This document shows positions 39,462 through 51,177 of a DNA stretch of 64,000 nucleotides, one piece after another. This DNA comes from Octopus vulgaris (taxonomy: Eukaryota). The stretch is from positions 41,230,001-41,294,000 of the forward strand of contig OX597828.1 of the NCBI GenBank assembly GCA_951406725.2, given 5' to 3'. The notes below the pieces were generated by a model, which worked only from the letters and a program-made list of their open reading frames with translations, did not search any database and was not told the DNA's origin. The position numbers were made by a program, and so were the translations under genes. How positions within the stretch are numbered: position 1 is the first letter of the stretch; every line of letters begins with the position of its first letter.

Positions 39462-41221
39462 ATTTTTTGTTAGAAATTCTGCCAGCTTGCTGCCTTATAC
39501 AGTTGAATTAATGGCCAAACAGTCAGTGATGTTGTGAAAAGCTGGTGGGTTATGAAAAAATTAGGCATCTGCAGCACAGACTAGCAATTGGCAACGGAAT
39601 AAATGCTTTAGAAAAGCCCTAACTACGTATGCAACTCAAAAGCAGATACCAGTTGTTTATGAATGAAACGGTAGATCTGAAAGCGAAGACTAAGTTGTTT
39701 TTACAAGGGTGGAAGGAGAGCAAAAGTCAGCAAGTAGTGAAAAATGACCTAAATATGCTGCAACGGAGCTAAGACTTACTACAGTCAAACATAAAAAGGG
39801 GTGTGTGTAACAAAGCAATGTTATTTTTGAAAAGAAAGTAGTTATAATGAAAAGTTTCAAAGACATAACAGAAAAAGTGACAAAGAATTGTGACGCATTT
39901 TGGGTGTGGAAAGACTTCAATAGAAAAATGGAGAGTTTGTTTACTGTCACTGTGTCATCAATTTAGGACTGTCCAAGTTTGCACTGGTTGGTTTTTGATA
40001 AAATTAACATGTGATACTTCAGACAAGACATATAGTATAATTGGCATGTGCCAGAAAAGACAGTAAACGAACCTGGCAAACAAAATTCAAATAGACCAGA
40101 TGATGCAAAAATTGTATGGTTAATGAAGGAAAGTAAAATGTAAGTTTGTATATAGCGTGTTAAAGAGGAAAAGAATGAAGACAGACAAAGGTTAAAGAAC
40201 AAGTACAGAAGTTCATTTATGGTCAATCAAAACTAAATCTTTTGATTACTTATTTTTGTTTGAATTCCTCCTCCTCCTCCTCATCATCATCGTTTAACGT
40301 CTGCTTTCCATGCTAGCATGGGTTGGACGATTTGAGTGAGGTCTGGCCAACCAGACGGCTGCACCAGACTCCAATCTTGATTTGGCAGAGTTTCTACAGC
40401 TGGATGCCTTTCCTAACGCCAACCACTCCGAGAGTGTAGTGGGTGCTTTTACGTGCTGCTAGCACGAGGGCCAGTCAGGTGGTACTGGCAACGGCCACGC
40501 TCAAATGGTGCTTTTTATGTGCCACCTGCACAGGAGCCAGTCCAGCGGCACTGGCAACGATGTAAATGAAAAAGAAAAATTCATTTATGAGAGAACTTAA
40601 GAATGGAAATATTTGAATCAATAGATTATTTACATTTTTGTTTATGCCTTCAGTATTGTATCTGTGCAATTTCTTAAAAGTAAATGTCATATGTTTCTCA
40701 AATAGATACCTTTCAAAACTGTGAATAAACATCTTTTAAAGCCATTTTCCTAACTATTTTTTACCCATAATATTTTAAGATGGTACCCATATGCAACAAG
40801 TGGAGAGTACATGTACCCGTGTAAAACAAAGTAATAAATGACAGTGTGGGGGCCCACCTTTCCATAGTTGATTCATATCTCTATGAGTTTTTGTGGTGCA
40901 GGAGATACGAAAATTATAATTTGCTTGACAAACTCCTAGAATATATCTCAAACATTTACTTTTGAATTTTCACTACAAAAATTGTATTGTGTATATGAAG
41001 TGAACTAGAGTTGTTTTTTTTTAGTAATTTAATGTTCAGGTTCTTCTGTTTAAATTTTTGAAAAAACAAAAGAAAAATATTCATTAAGGATTTTTCCTTT
41101 CCTTAATTTTTACATATCTGTTTCAAAATTTCAATGACTTTGTTCATTTAAAACTTATTAAAACTTCTGTTGTCATAATGTTGTCAGAGACAGCTATCAT
41201 GTACAAAATCCTGGTTTCTGA

Positions 41222-41437
41222 TTCTTTTATTCGTTTATTTGTTTCAGTCATTTGACTGTGGCTATGCTGGAGCACCACCTCTAGTCGAGCAAAGTGACTC
41301 CAGGACTTAATCTTTGTAAGCCTAGTACTTATTCTATTGGTCTCTTTTGCCGAACCGCTAAGTTACAAGGATGTAAACACAGCAGCATCAGCTGTCAAGC
41401 AATGTTGGATGTGGGGGGGGGACAAACAAGACTCACA

Positions 41438-41500
<63 letters not shown>

Positions 41501-41649
41501 GACAGGCTTCTTTCAGTTTCTGTCAACCAACTGCACTCACAAGGCTTTGGTTGGCCTGAGGCTACAGTAAAAGACACTTGCCTAAGGTGCCATGCAGTGG
41601 GACTGAACCTGGAACCATGTGGCTGGTAAGTAAGCTACTTACCACACAG
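41222..41649 (-). mobile_element. SINE family A copy
   Basis: Reverse-complement match. Confidence 0.9.
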
Positions 41650-42379
41650 TAAAAGTAAGCAAACTTTAAACATCTGTAACATTTTCCTAAAATTTTTTCT
41701 GGAACAAGTGAATAACAAAATCAGATTCAGCGTGAATATACTAAATTCAAAACTTTTCACTTAATTTTAAAATTTCAAAATCTTGTGACAGCAACAGAAA
41801 AGATCCAAAAATGAATTTTTTTCAGGTTTTTAAAATGCTATTTAATGAAAGAAACAGAATGTAATGAAGATAGCGAGATTGTGATATACTTTCTAGTATT
41901 TATTTTCACATTTTTTGTAACCATGGCATCACATAAACTTATATTTCTAAGTTCACTGTAGAATGTTTTATGTTCATTCAATGATGATTTTTCTTATGTA
42001 TCTTTCATTAGTGTTGCTAAAGTGTGTGCCACCTGGAGTGGCCCTACAGGTTTCCACTCCTGGGCCCCCGCAAAAAGTGCATGTTGCTTACAGCAGACCC
42101 AAAAGTAGTGCCACCTGAGGTGGACCAACCCCTCTGCACCCCACCTTGCTAGTGGCATCTTTTGCTTGGGAAGAACTTTCTCTTGCTAAAACATCGCTGC
42201 TTCTTCCCCTGGCTTCATTTTCTCTGACAAAATGAAAAAAATTGTTGAGGAACTCATTTTGAAAGGAATTTCAGGTCACTGGTTCATACTCAATTGAAAA
42301 ACAACAAAAAAAAAAAATGAATGGCGTGGAAACACCTAGACTAGTGTGCTTGTTACTATAGCAACAACATGTCACTATT

Positions 42380-43330
42380 GCAACAACATGTTTCTATAGC
42401 ATAGAGCAACAAAACAGTTTTGACTTCTGCTGGTGGAATACTGGAATATTCCCATCAAAATTTCTGTCAAATGTAAACATAGGCTGGATATTGTTGTTTG
42501 GAACAGAGGGGCAAAGGTATGTACCATCATAGAGGTCAGCTGCCCTTCAGATATAAATATCTCTTTGAAAATCAAAGAAAAAGAGGTTATCTATGGACAA
42601 CTGCTTTGAAACCTCCAGCTTCTATATCCAGACTATGAATTCATTTCCATAACAATAATAATTGGAGCACTAGGTTTTTGTCAGTAACTGCTTCAAGAAG
42701 AATCTGGATAAACTGAAATTTTCATAAAGAGAAATTGACCAGCTGATTTGTACATTAAAAGTGCAATCTATGAGTGAAACAGTAAAAATATGAAGGACTT
42801 CTCTAAAGTTCCAAATGTGAATTTGTCTGTGTCAGCTACACCCCAAAGATGGAGCTTTGTATCTTTGTTGGAAACCAGTTCCCTCCTCAGTGGAAGATTT
42901 CTAATAATTAAAAAGTAGAAGAGACATATATATGTGTGAACATATGTAGATGATGATTGCCTCATGTTGTCAGATGATAGCTGTCTAACATTAATGAATA
43001 GTGCCACACACATGGCAAAAGACTACTGGCCAATTACAAACCAGAATCTCATGTATAAAATGCATAAAATACCATTGAGTTAGAGGCAATATCATCACAG
43101 TCAAGCAATCAACTGGGAAGAAAGGAGTTTGGGGATGTGCTGAATGACTCTTGATCAACAAAACTGTGGTGTCAGGGGTGTGGCAGCATAAGGAGTGCTT
43201 GGACACAATCTGGCTGGATTTCAAGGAAGTATTTGATTCTGTCCCCTACATGTGCATGTTTGAGTCCCTTCAACTTGCTAAAGTTTTAGATACTGTTTCT
43301 TGGAAGTCTCTCAATTCTGAGAAAAACAAT
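42380..43330 (+). pseudogene. Decayed R4/R2-like LINE fragments (RLE piece followed by RT piece)
   Basis: RLDIVVWNRGAKVCTIIEVSCP...IIIGALG (42480-42680); LLINKTVV...WLDFKEVFDSVP (43150-43260). Confidence 0.65.
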
Positions 43331-43589
43331 TGCACAATTTCTTGCTGAACAAACTGCACAAATGTTACGTCTGCAGTGATCAAATCTATGAGCAGTACAT
43401 TTACTCATTCACTCCATCACATCAACTACATTAGACCACTCACTCCATCATATCAACTTCGCTTGTACTGGTGCACAGTGTGCCACATATCAGATGTCAG
43501 AGTGCTGAGTGACACTGCTGTATTTACATCCCAAGTTGAGAAATTTGTGTTTTTGTGATCACGTATATGCTGTAGTCTGTGATTTTGTG

Positions 43590-44300
43590 ATGGACAGGAA
43601 CAAAAAACAGGCATAAAATTTTACATTAAACTTGAGAAGTCTGCTACAGAGACATTGAGCATGTTTCAGCAAGCTTATGGCAATGAGACAATGGGTTGTA
43701 TGCAATATTTTGAGTGATGTGGGCTCTTCAAAAATAGAAGACTATCTTTGAAAGTAGGTGAGTGATCTGGAGTACCCACTATGAGCATCATCCCTGGAAA
43801 TGTGGTATCATGCATCAAAAATTTGTTCCCCAGGGCCAGACCATCATTTGAGAGTTCTACTGCAATGTTTTGAAGTGTTTAGGGAGCACATTTGGTGAAA
43901 GTGGCCGGATCTGTTAAGTGCAAAGAATTGGATTCTGAACTGAGCTCTCCTCACTCAAAAGTTTCTCACCAAAAACAAAATGGTGTCACTTCCACATCTG
44001 CCCTATTTGCCAGATTTAGCAGCTGCACACTTCCATCTCTTCTCCAAGATGAAAATGCAGTTTAAAGGCTGTCATTTTAACACCGTTGTCAAGATCTAGG
44101 GTGGATTACAGAAGGCCCTCAACTCGTTTACAGAAGACAACTTCAAGGCCGGATTCCAAAAGTGGACGGAATGCTGGGACCAGTGTATTTCTGCATAAGG
44201 TGACTATTTCAAAGGAGATGGCATTGAAACTTCGGTAAATAAGTTATTTTATTTTTATGATACTTAACTAGTCCAAGAACTTTTTGATACTAGCTCACAG
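43590..44300 (+). mobile_element. Mariner transposase remnant, internally deleted
   Basis: EQKTGIKFYIKLEKSATETLSMFQQAYG...; HLPYLPDLAAAHFHLFSKMKMQFKG; TIR-like GTCCAAGAACTTTTTGATA at the right end. Confidence 0.8.
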
Positions 44301-44379
44301 TAACAAGGAATGTGTAACCAGAGAGTATAAAACTAAAATTTAAAAAATTTGATTCTTGGAACTTTCTGCATACAATAAA

Positions 44380-44479
44380 TCAATGGTGGTGATGGAGCTG
44401 TTGATGGTTGGGGTGATGGTGGTGATGGTGATGGTAATGGTGATGATGAGGATGATGATAGTGGTGGCACTGGTGATAG

Positions 44480-44511
<32 letters not shown>

Positions 44512-45160
44512 GATGGTAGTGGTGATTACGAGGATGATGATAGTAGTGGCTCTGGTGGTAGTTGTTGTTGTTGTTGGTGGTGGTGGTGGTGATGGTGTAG
44601 TGATGGTGTTGGTGGTGCGGGTGTTGTTAGTTGTATTGATGGTGGCAGTAGAGTTTGCGTTGGTAGTTGTTGTTGTTGGTGGTGGTGGTGGTGATGGTAG
44701 TGGTGATTATGAGGATGATGATAGTAGTGGCTCTGGTGGTAGTTGTTGTTGTTGTTGTTGGTGGTGGTGGTGATGGTAGTGGTGATTATTAGGATGATGA
44801 TAGTAGTGGCTCTGGTGGTAGTTGTTGTCGTTGTTGTTGTTGTTGGTGGTGGTGGTAATGGTGTAGTGATGGTGTCAGTGGTGCGGGTGTTATTAGTTGT
44901 ATTGATGGTGGCAGTAGAGTTTGCGTTGGTAGTTGTTGTTGTTGTTGTAGTGGTGGTAGTGGTATTTGTGTAGGTGGTTGTAGTAGTTGTAGTCATAATG
45001 ATGGAAATGTTTGTATTGGTGATTGTGGTGGTGGTGGTGGTGGTGGTGTGATAATAGTGATGATGATAGTGGTAACTGTATTCATGTTAATGGTTGTGTT
45101 TGTAGTGGTGGTGGTAGTGGTGGTGCTGATTATTGTGTTGATGATAATGATGATGGTGAC
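44380..45160. repeat. (GGT/GAT/GTT)n low-complexity tract with internal ~180-bp tandem duplication
   Basis: GGTGATTA(C/T)GAGGATGATGATAGTAGTGGCTCTGGTGG and GTATTGATGGTGGCAGTAGAGTTTGCGTTGG are each repeated. Confidence 0.85.
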
Positions 45161-45459
45161 AGAGTGACAGACCATACCTTACAATTAACAAGCAGGTGTA
45201 CCATAATAATAAATTAAGATATCTGCCTCTAATGTATACTGGGGCCTTTATTTCGTGACACAATACACCTATAATTAGTCAAACATCACAATAGGTATCA
45301 AAAATTGTGATAACACACCTAAGTAGTGTAATTTAGTGAATCAATGGATTACCTCTATCTCATAATTGAGGAATGGAAGCAACAGGTATTGTACTTACTT
45401 ATCACTACTCCACTCCACTCCACTAAGCACAATTCCCACCATGATCATTCTATGACAAC

Positions 45460-46240
45460 ACTTCACTTAGGTGTGACATCACTTGAAAACTCATCACCAC
45501 TCCACTGACGTGTAACACTACTTCATTAGGAATTTTCACGATGATGATGATGATGATGACATGTGCCCCTACCCCAATACTAACCATCACTCCAATGAGG
45601 TGTAACACTACCTCAACAGGAACACTCATTCCATTGAAATGTGACTCTACCTCAGCAGTAACCTTCACCCCACTGAGGTATAACACTACCTCAACAGGAA
45701 TCTTCACTCTATTGAGATATGACACTACCTCAACAGTAACCCTCATTCCACTGAGGTCTGATGCTACCACAGCAGGAATCTTCACTCCATTGAGGTGTGA
45801 CATCACCTCAACAGAACCCTCACTACACTGAGGTGTGGCACTACCTCAACCGTAATCCTCATTCCACTGAGGTGTGACACTACCTCAACAGGAACCCTCA
45901 CTCCATTGACATGTGACACTACCTCAACAGTAACCCTCACTCCACTGAGGTCTGACGCTACCACAATAGGAATCCTCACTCCATTGAGGTGTGACACTAC
46001 CTCAACAGGAGCCCTCACTACACTGGGGTGTGGCACTACCTCAACAGTAATCCTCATTCCTCTGAGGTGTGACACTACCTCAACAGAAACCCTCACTCCA
46101 CTGAAGTGTGGCACTACCACAACAATAACCCTCACTCCATTGAGATGTGACACTATTGCAATAATAACCCTCACTCTATTGAATGTAACATCACCACAAC
46201 TCTAACCTTCACTCCACTGAGTTATGACACTACCTCAAGA
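45460..46240. repeat. 39-bp minisatellite with internal hairpin (TGAGGTGTGACACTACCTCAACAGTAACCCTCACTCCAC)n, about 19 units
   Basis: Tandem diverged units; typical unit has TGAGGT...ACCTCA inverted arms. Confidence 0.92.
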
Positions 46241-47164
46241 GTAACTCTGCTGTGGTCATTAGCAGAGTGAGCTCATGAAGTACAAATAAAAGCTGACACC
46301 AATTTGTATGTATACTTGCTTACCAATGACTTACTATAAATAGTTACAAACTATTTAGTACATTTACTCACCAACTAATATCAGTCCCATTATTAAAAGC
46401 ATCATTAATAACATATTTAATAAAAATTAACGAATTTTCAGTTTCAGTTGGTCTAAGAAATATTTCTGTTTTTAGAATTAACAGAGCGAAAAAAATAAAA
46501 TGATGACAATGACACTGGTGATGATGATGACGACAATGATAATGGTGGTGGTGGTGGTGGTGGTAGTGATGATGATGATGTTACAGTATGAAAGTGTTAT
46601 GTGAGGGGTGGGAGTAAAAACAAGATGGTGGATAGGGAAGAAGGGAGAGAGAATATTTGATGTTTCGTCACCTGGATTAACACACAAACAAGGAGAGTCA
46701 AAAATAGTAATAAAAATAGAAAAGAAACAAAATGATAAAACGAAATATGAGTGAAGAAAGCATATGAAAAACAACAACAACAAAAAAACCCCAAATAAAA
46801 CAAAAATATTATTTTGTTTTTGTGTTTTTGGTTTGCAAGATTCTTGATGTGAACTCGTATGATGAAACATATTTTGTTGTATCATGGGAAGGTCTTAAGC
46901 AACACTGGATTAACCATTAAGCTGAATAAACAGATGCTTACGGCATCAAGGGAAGGGGTGGAGCATCACAAAAATGGTTAATGGTTTACAGCACAAAAGA
47001 AAATCACTTTGACGCGTTTTATATGATCAGAAATATAATTTTGAAATGTTCATGGTGTCATAGTGAGGATCTAATCAAAAACTTTGTGATTAAAAAAGTA
47101 GAAGAAAATTTTCCAAATATAAATAAAATGGAAGTACAAAAAAATACAGTTCTATATTTAAAAG

Positions 47165-47446
47165 ATCAGGAATTATGTACATTATTTACATTTGACGGAT
47201 ATTTGTCCTCATCTTGTTTGTTGTTAACACACTGTTTCGGCTGATATACCCTCCAGCCTTCATCAGGTATCTTGGGGAAATTTCGAACCTGGGTTCTCAT
47301 TCCTAAGGTATTTTTCAATGTTGTTATTATTATTGTTATTATTATTCAGGTCACTGCCTGGAATCGAACTTGGAATCTTGGGGTTAGTAGCCCGTGCTCT
47401 TAACCACTACACCATATGCCCGTGGGCACATGGTGTAGTGTTTAAG
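47165..47446 (-). mobile_element. tRNA-headed SINE-like element carrying a hammerhead motif, with a short inverted duplication of its 5' head
   Basis: Minus strand from 47421: GGGCATATGGTGTAGTGGTTAAG (A box)...GTTCGATTCC (B box), AAT-rich linker, hammerhead, tail. 47424-47446 is an inverted copy of the head. Confidence 0.7.
47227..47271 (-). ncRNA. Minimal type I hammerhead ribozyme motif; stem III/cleavage site degenerate in this copy
   Basis: Minus strand: GATAC-CTGATGA-A-GGCTG(gagggtatat)CAGCC-GAAA-CAG-T-GTGTT. Stem I and stem II pair. Confidence 0.65.
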
Positions 47447-47526
47447 GGGTGTTACCTTAGTTCACTGGTAGTGAACAGCTGACACCGTAGTACATCTCCA
47501 GCATTAGAAGCTGTGCAAAGGCAATG

Positions 47527-47565
<39 letters not shown>

Positions 47566-48170
47566 TTAATAATAATAATAATAATAATGGTTTCAAATTT
47601 TGGCGTACAGTCATCAATTTCGGGGGAGGAGCAGAGTTAATTACATCATCCCCAATACTTAACAGGTGCTCGACTCGAAATTTGAACTCACAAAGACAGA
47701 TGAAATGCCACTAGTTCTTTTTACTATAGGCAAAAGGCCCGGAATTTGGGGGAGGGGGTTAGTCATTTTCATCGACCCCAGTACTTGACTAGTACTTATT
47801 TAATTGACCCTGAAAGGATGAAAGGCAAAGTTGACCTCAGCAGAATTTGAACTTAGAACATAAAGACTAATGGAATGTTGCTAAGCATTTTGCCTGGCAT
47901 GCTAATGATTCCACCACCCTTTTGCCACTTAATTATGATAAAAATAATGAGAATACTAACCCTTTCTTTGATAGACACAAGCCTGAAATTTTAGAGGAGG
48001 AGGATAGTTGATCCCACTGACCCCAATACTTAACTGGTACTTAATTTATCAACCCTGAAAGGATGAAAGGCAAAGTCGACTTCGGTGGAATTTGAACCCA
48101 GAATGTAGCATTTTCGCCTGTTGTGCTAACTATTCTGCTGACTTGCCACCTTAATAATAATAATAATAAT

Positions 48171-48541
48171 GTGGAGGCGCAATGGCCCAGTGGTTAGGGC
48201 AGCGGGCTTGTGGTCACAGGATCATGGTTTCGATTCCCAGACCGAGCATTGTGAGTGTTTACTGAGCAAAAACACCTAAAGCTCCATAAGGCTCCGGCAT
48301 GGGAGTGGTGACAGACCCTGCTGTACTCTTTCACCATAACTTTCTCTCACTCTTTCTTCCTGTTTCTGTTGTACCTGTATTTCAAAGGGGCAACCTTGTC
48401 ACGCTGAATCTCCCCGAGAACTACGTTAAGGGCACACATGTCTGTGGAGTGCTCAGCCACTTGCACGTTAATTTCATGAGCAGGCTGTTCTGTTCATTGG
48501 ATCAACTGGAACCCTTGTCGTTGTAACTGACGGAGTGCCAC
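48171..48541 (+). mobile_element. tRNA-derived SINE family C
   Basis: GTGGAGGCGCAATGGCCCAGTGGTTAGGGCAGCGG...GGTTTCGATTCCCAG head. Related copies at 3953-4140 (+), 8190-8503 (-), 53412-53680 (+); tail shared with 5140-6075 (-) and 35630-35810. Confidence 0.85.
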
Positions 48542-48584
48542 GAATAATAATAATGATAATAATATAATATAATATTATATAATA

Positions 48585-49210
48585 TATTCATTGGATAATT
48601 TGCAAAAACCTGGACCTGCCCTATGATAAAAACTGGTGGGAACACAAACTACCTCCAGTGCTTGAAAATGATCACATCTCATTCCTCTGGAAGTTCACCA
48701 TTCAAACTAACAGAAAGATAGATGCAAATAGGCCAGACATCATATTGAAAGACTTTAGGCAAAAATCATGCCTCCTCATTGATATGACTGTCCCAATCGA
48801 CATAAATGTATCTGTCAAGACCCACCAAAAACTGAGCAAGTATAAAGATCTTGAAACAGAAATTGACAAAATGTGGAACCTCAAGACTAAAACAATACCT
48901 GTTGATATAGGTGCCCTAGGAATGATAGCAAAAGGGGTTGAATGCTACCTGACTCAGATACCAGGAAACCACAAAATGGCAGAAATTCAAAAGATAGTGC
49001 TCATGGGAACTGCCCATATCCTATGTAAAATAGTATGTAATTTCAAATTTTAAAACAAACACATAATTTTCTTAAGGTTTCTTAAACATTCTGCAGAACA
49101 ACACTATGTACAAAACCAAGTACATTGTACCCTAAGTACAACAACATCATGAACTTCTAACTTGTTGTCTCTTGAGGTCTCTGGGTGAGACTTGGAGCCA
49201 ACTTGTACAA
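48585..49210 (+). mobile_element. 5'-truncated R4/Dong-like non-LTR element (restriction-like endonuclease C-terminus plus 3' UTR)
   Basis: LWKFTIQTNRKIDANRPDIIL...LIDMTVP...KLSKYKDL...IPVDIGALGMI; its 5' junction abuts a (TAA)n-like tract. Confidence 0.85.
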
Positions 49211-49213
49211 TTG

Positions 49214-49812
49214 CAAGTGTCTTCTACTATAGCCTCGGGCCAACCAAAGCATTGCGAGTGGATTTAGTAGACGGAAACTGAAAAAAGCCTGTCGTAAATA
49301 TGTATATATATATATATATATTTCTTTACTGCCCACAAGGGGCGAAACACAGAGAGGACAAACAAGGACAGACAAAGGGATTAAGTTGATTACATCGACC
49401 CCAGTGCGAAACTGGTACTTTATTTATCGACCCCGAAAGGATGAAAGGCAAAGTTGACCTCGGCGGAATTTGAACTCAGAACGTAACGACAGACGAAATA
49501 CGGCTAAGCATTTCGCCCGGGGCGCTAACATTTCTGCCAGCTCGCCGCCTATAAATGTATATATATATATATATGTGTGTGTGTATATGTTTGTGTGTCC
49601 GTGTTTGCCCCATCCCCCAACATTGCTTGGCAACCGAAGGTGGTGTGTTTATGTCCCTGTAACTTAGCAGTTTGGCAAAAAAGACCGATAGAATAAGTAC
49701 TAGGCTTACAAAGAATAAGTCCTTTGGTCGATTTGCTTGACTAAAGGCACTGCTCCAGCATGGCCACAGTCAAATGACTGAAACAAGTAAAAGAGTAAAG
49801 CGTAAAAGAGAG
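49214..49812 (+). mobile_element. 5'-truncated SINE family A copy with a family B SINE nested in its TA tract
   Basis: Family A halves flank 49320-49550. Confidence 0.85.
49320..49550 (-). mobile_element. SINE family B copy (nested)
   Basis: Match to family B. Confidence 0.9.
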
Positions 49813-50445
49813 ACATGTAACAACTAAGTGAGAATGAAGGCTGTCAGATCAAATTAAATTTTAGAAAATATTTAAACAACAACATTATGTCCCAGTATGG
49901 CTGCAGTCCAATAACTGAAGCAATTAGAGTATAAAGGATAATATTTTGGTATATACACGAAGCCAAGGGCTATATTGTAGTTATGCTTTACTAATTTCAA
50001 AGAATAAACTCTTTCCTCTCACCTGTGTGTACAACAATGTCTTGGGAATCTCCTTAAAGGTAACACACCTTACAGGTAACGCACACACGCGAGAAGCATC
50101 GAACTGGAAATTTATGTTCTAAAAATAAACAAACAAACAAGCCTCATTAACTGTTTATATTTGAGTGTTTTCATGGGTAATATACAGAAAATAAAACAAA
50201 TTTTTATAACAAATAGATGACAACAATGTGTGTGTGTGTGTATATATAAATATATATATATATATATATACTTATACAAATATACACCTCACCACCATCA
50301 TCATATATAAATATATATATATATATTGTCATCATCAACATCATCATCATAACCATCATCATTTAACATCTGTTTTCCATGCTGGCATTGGTTGGAGGGT
50401 TTTACAGGAGCTGGCAAGACTAGGAACCACACACTACACACACAC

Positions 50446-50834
50446 ATCTGTAAATGTAATATGTGACAATTATTCGGTAGCTATGATAAAATTCTGAGTT
50501 TCGGATGCCGAGGTGGAAATCCACGCCGCCATCTCTTCAGTTATCCGGCCATCGGAAAAAACCTTGTAATTTATATCTTCTTTCAGTTTCTGTTGGAAAG
50601 TGTAAAAAGACTTAGGAAATTTTATTTTGTTCATAAGCTTCAGTAGGTCCGCTTCGAAGTCTTCCAAGCTGGATAACTGAAGAGATGGTGGCATGGATTT
50701 CCACCTCGGCATCCGAAACTCGGAGTTTTATCATGGCTACCGAATAATTGTCACATATTACATTTACAGATAAATTCCTCTATTTACATAATATAAAGGT
50801 TTCTTTCTTTCTTTTGTTATCTTACCGTTTTAAT

Positions 50835-50838
<4 letters not shown>
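50446..50838. mobile_element. Fold-back Penelope-derived insert (arms 50446-50549 and 50668-50771) enclosing a PLE ORF fragment
   Basis: ~104-bp inverted arms with few mismatches. The spacer encodes LEDFEADLLKLMNKIKF...FQQKLKEDI (minus), resembling the N-terminal region of PLE RT. The right tail ends in (TA)n. Confidence 0.7.
50672..50732 (+). ncRNA. Minimal type I hammerhead motif; degenerate mirror copy on the minus strand at about 50485-50545
   Basis: GATAA-CTGAAGA-GATG...CATC-C-GAAA-CTC-G-GAG-TT-TTATC: stem I GATAA/TTATC, GUU triplet. Confidence 0.65.
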
Positions 50839-50867
<29 letters not shown>

Positions 50868-50869
<2 letters not shown>

Positions 50870-51137
50870 GGAGTAAACACATAAATGTGAAACAAGGTGG
50901 AAAAAAGAGTACTCAAATACCAGTGGTAGAGTAATATGCTTTATTTTAAGCAGCAGAAAATTCAACAAAATCTGTTACTCTGAGTTTCTCGTTGCCGTTC
51001 ATCAGACAGTTTTTGCTAGAATGGAACCGATATATCAATTGATATATCGGTTCCATTCTAGCAAAAACTGTCTGATGAACGGCAACGAGAAACTCAGAGT
51101 AACAGATTTTGTTGAATTTTCTGCTGCTTAAAATAAA

Positions 51138-51138
<1 letters not shown>
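50868..51138. mobile_element. Fold-back Penelope-like non-autonomous insert in (TA)n containing a perfect 200-bp palindrome (50939-51138)
   Basis: Two 100-bp arms are exact reverse complements with no spacer (centre TCAA|TTGA at 51038/51039); flanked by (TA)n on both sides. Confidence 0.8.
51068..51105 (+). ncRNA. Minimal type I hammerhead motif, mirrored on the minus strand at 50972-51009
   Basis: CTGT-CTGATGA-ACG(GCAA)CGA-GAAA-CTC-A-GAG-TA-ACAG: GUA triplet, stem I CTGT/ACAG, near-palindromic stem III. The base of stem II is mismatched. Confidence 0.7.

Positions 51139-51177
<39 letters not shown>

Noticed and set aside
44356-45217. V/G/D-rich or T/H/P-rich ORFs
   Set aside because: Trinucleotide low-complexity sequence with a local duplication; no splice or domain evidence.
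45170-45400. Upstream non-coding exon of the 358-aa gene (minus-strand donor-like AAG|GTATGG and AA|GTAAGT)
   Set aside because: Donor-like motifs are common; there is no independent support without transcript data.
45460-46240. CRISPR array or let-7 precursor cluster
   Set aside because: The inter-hairpin segments are similar to each other rather than unique spacers, the context is eukaryotic with no cas genes, only 9 nt match let-7, and the 6-bp stem is far too short for a pre-miRNA.
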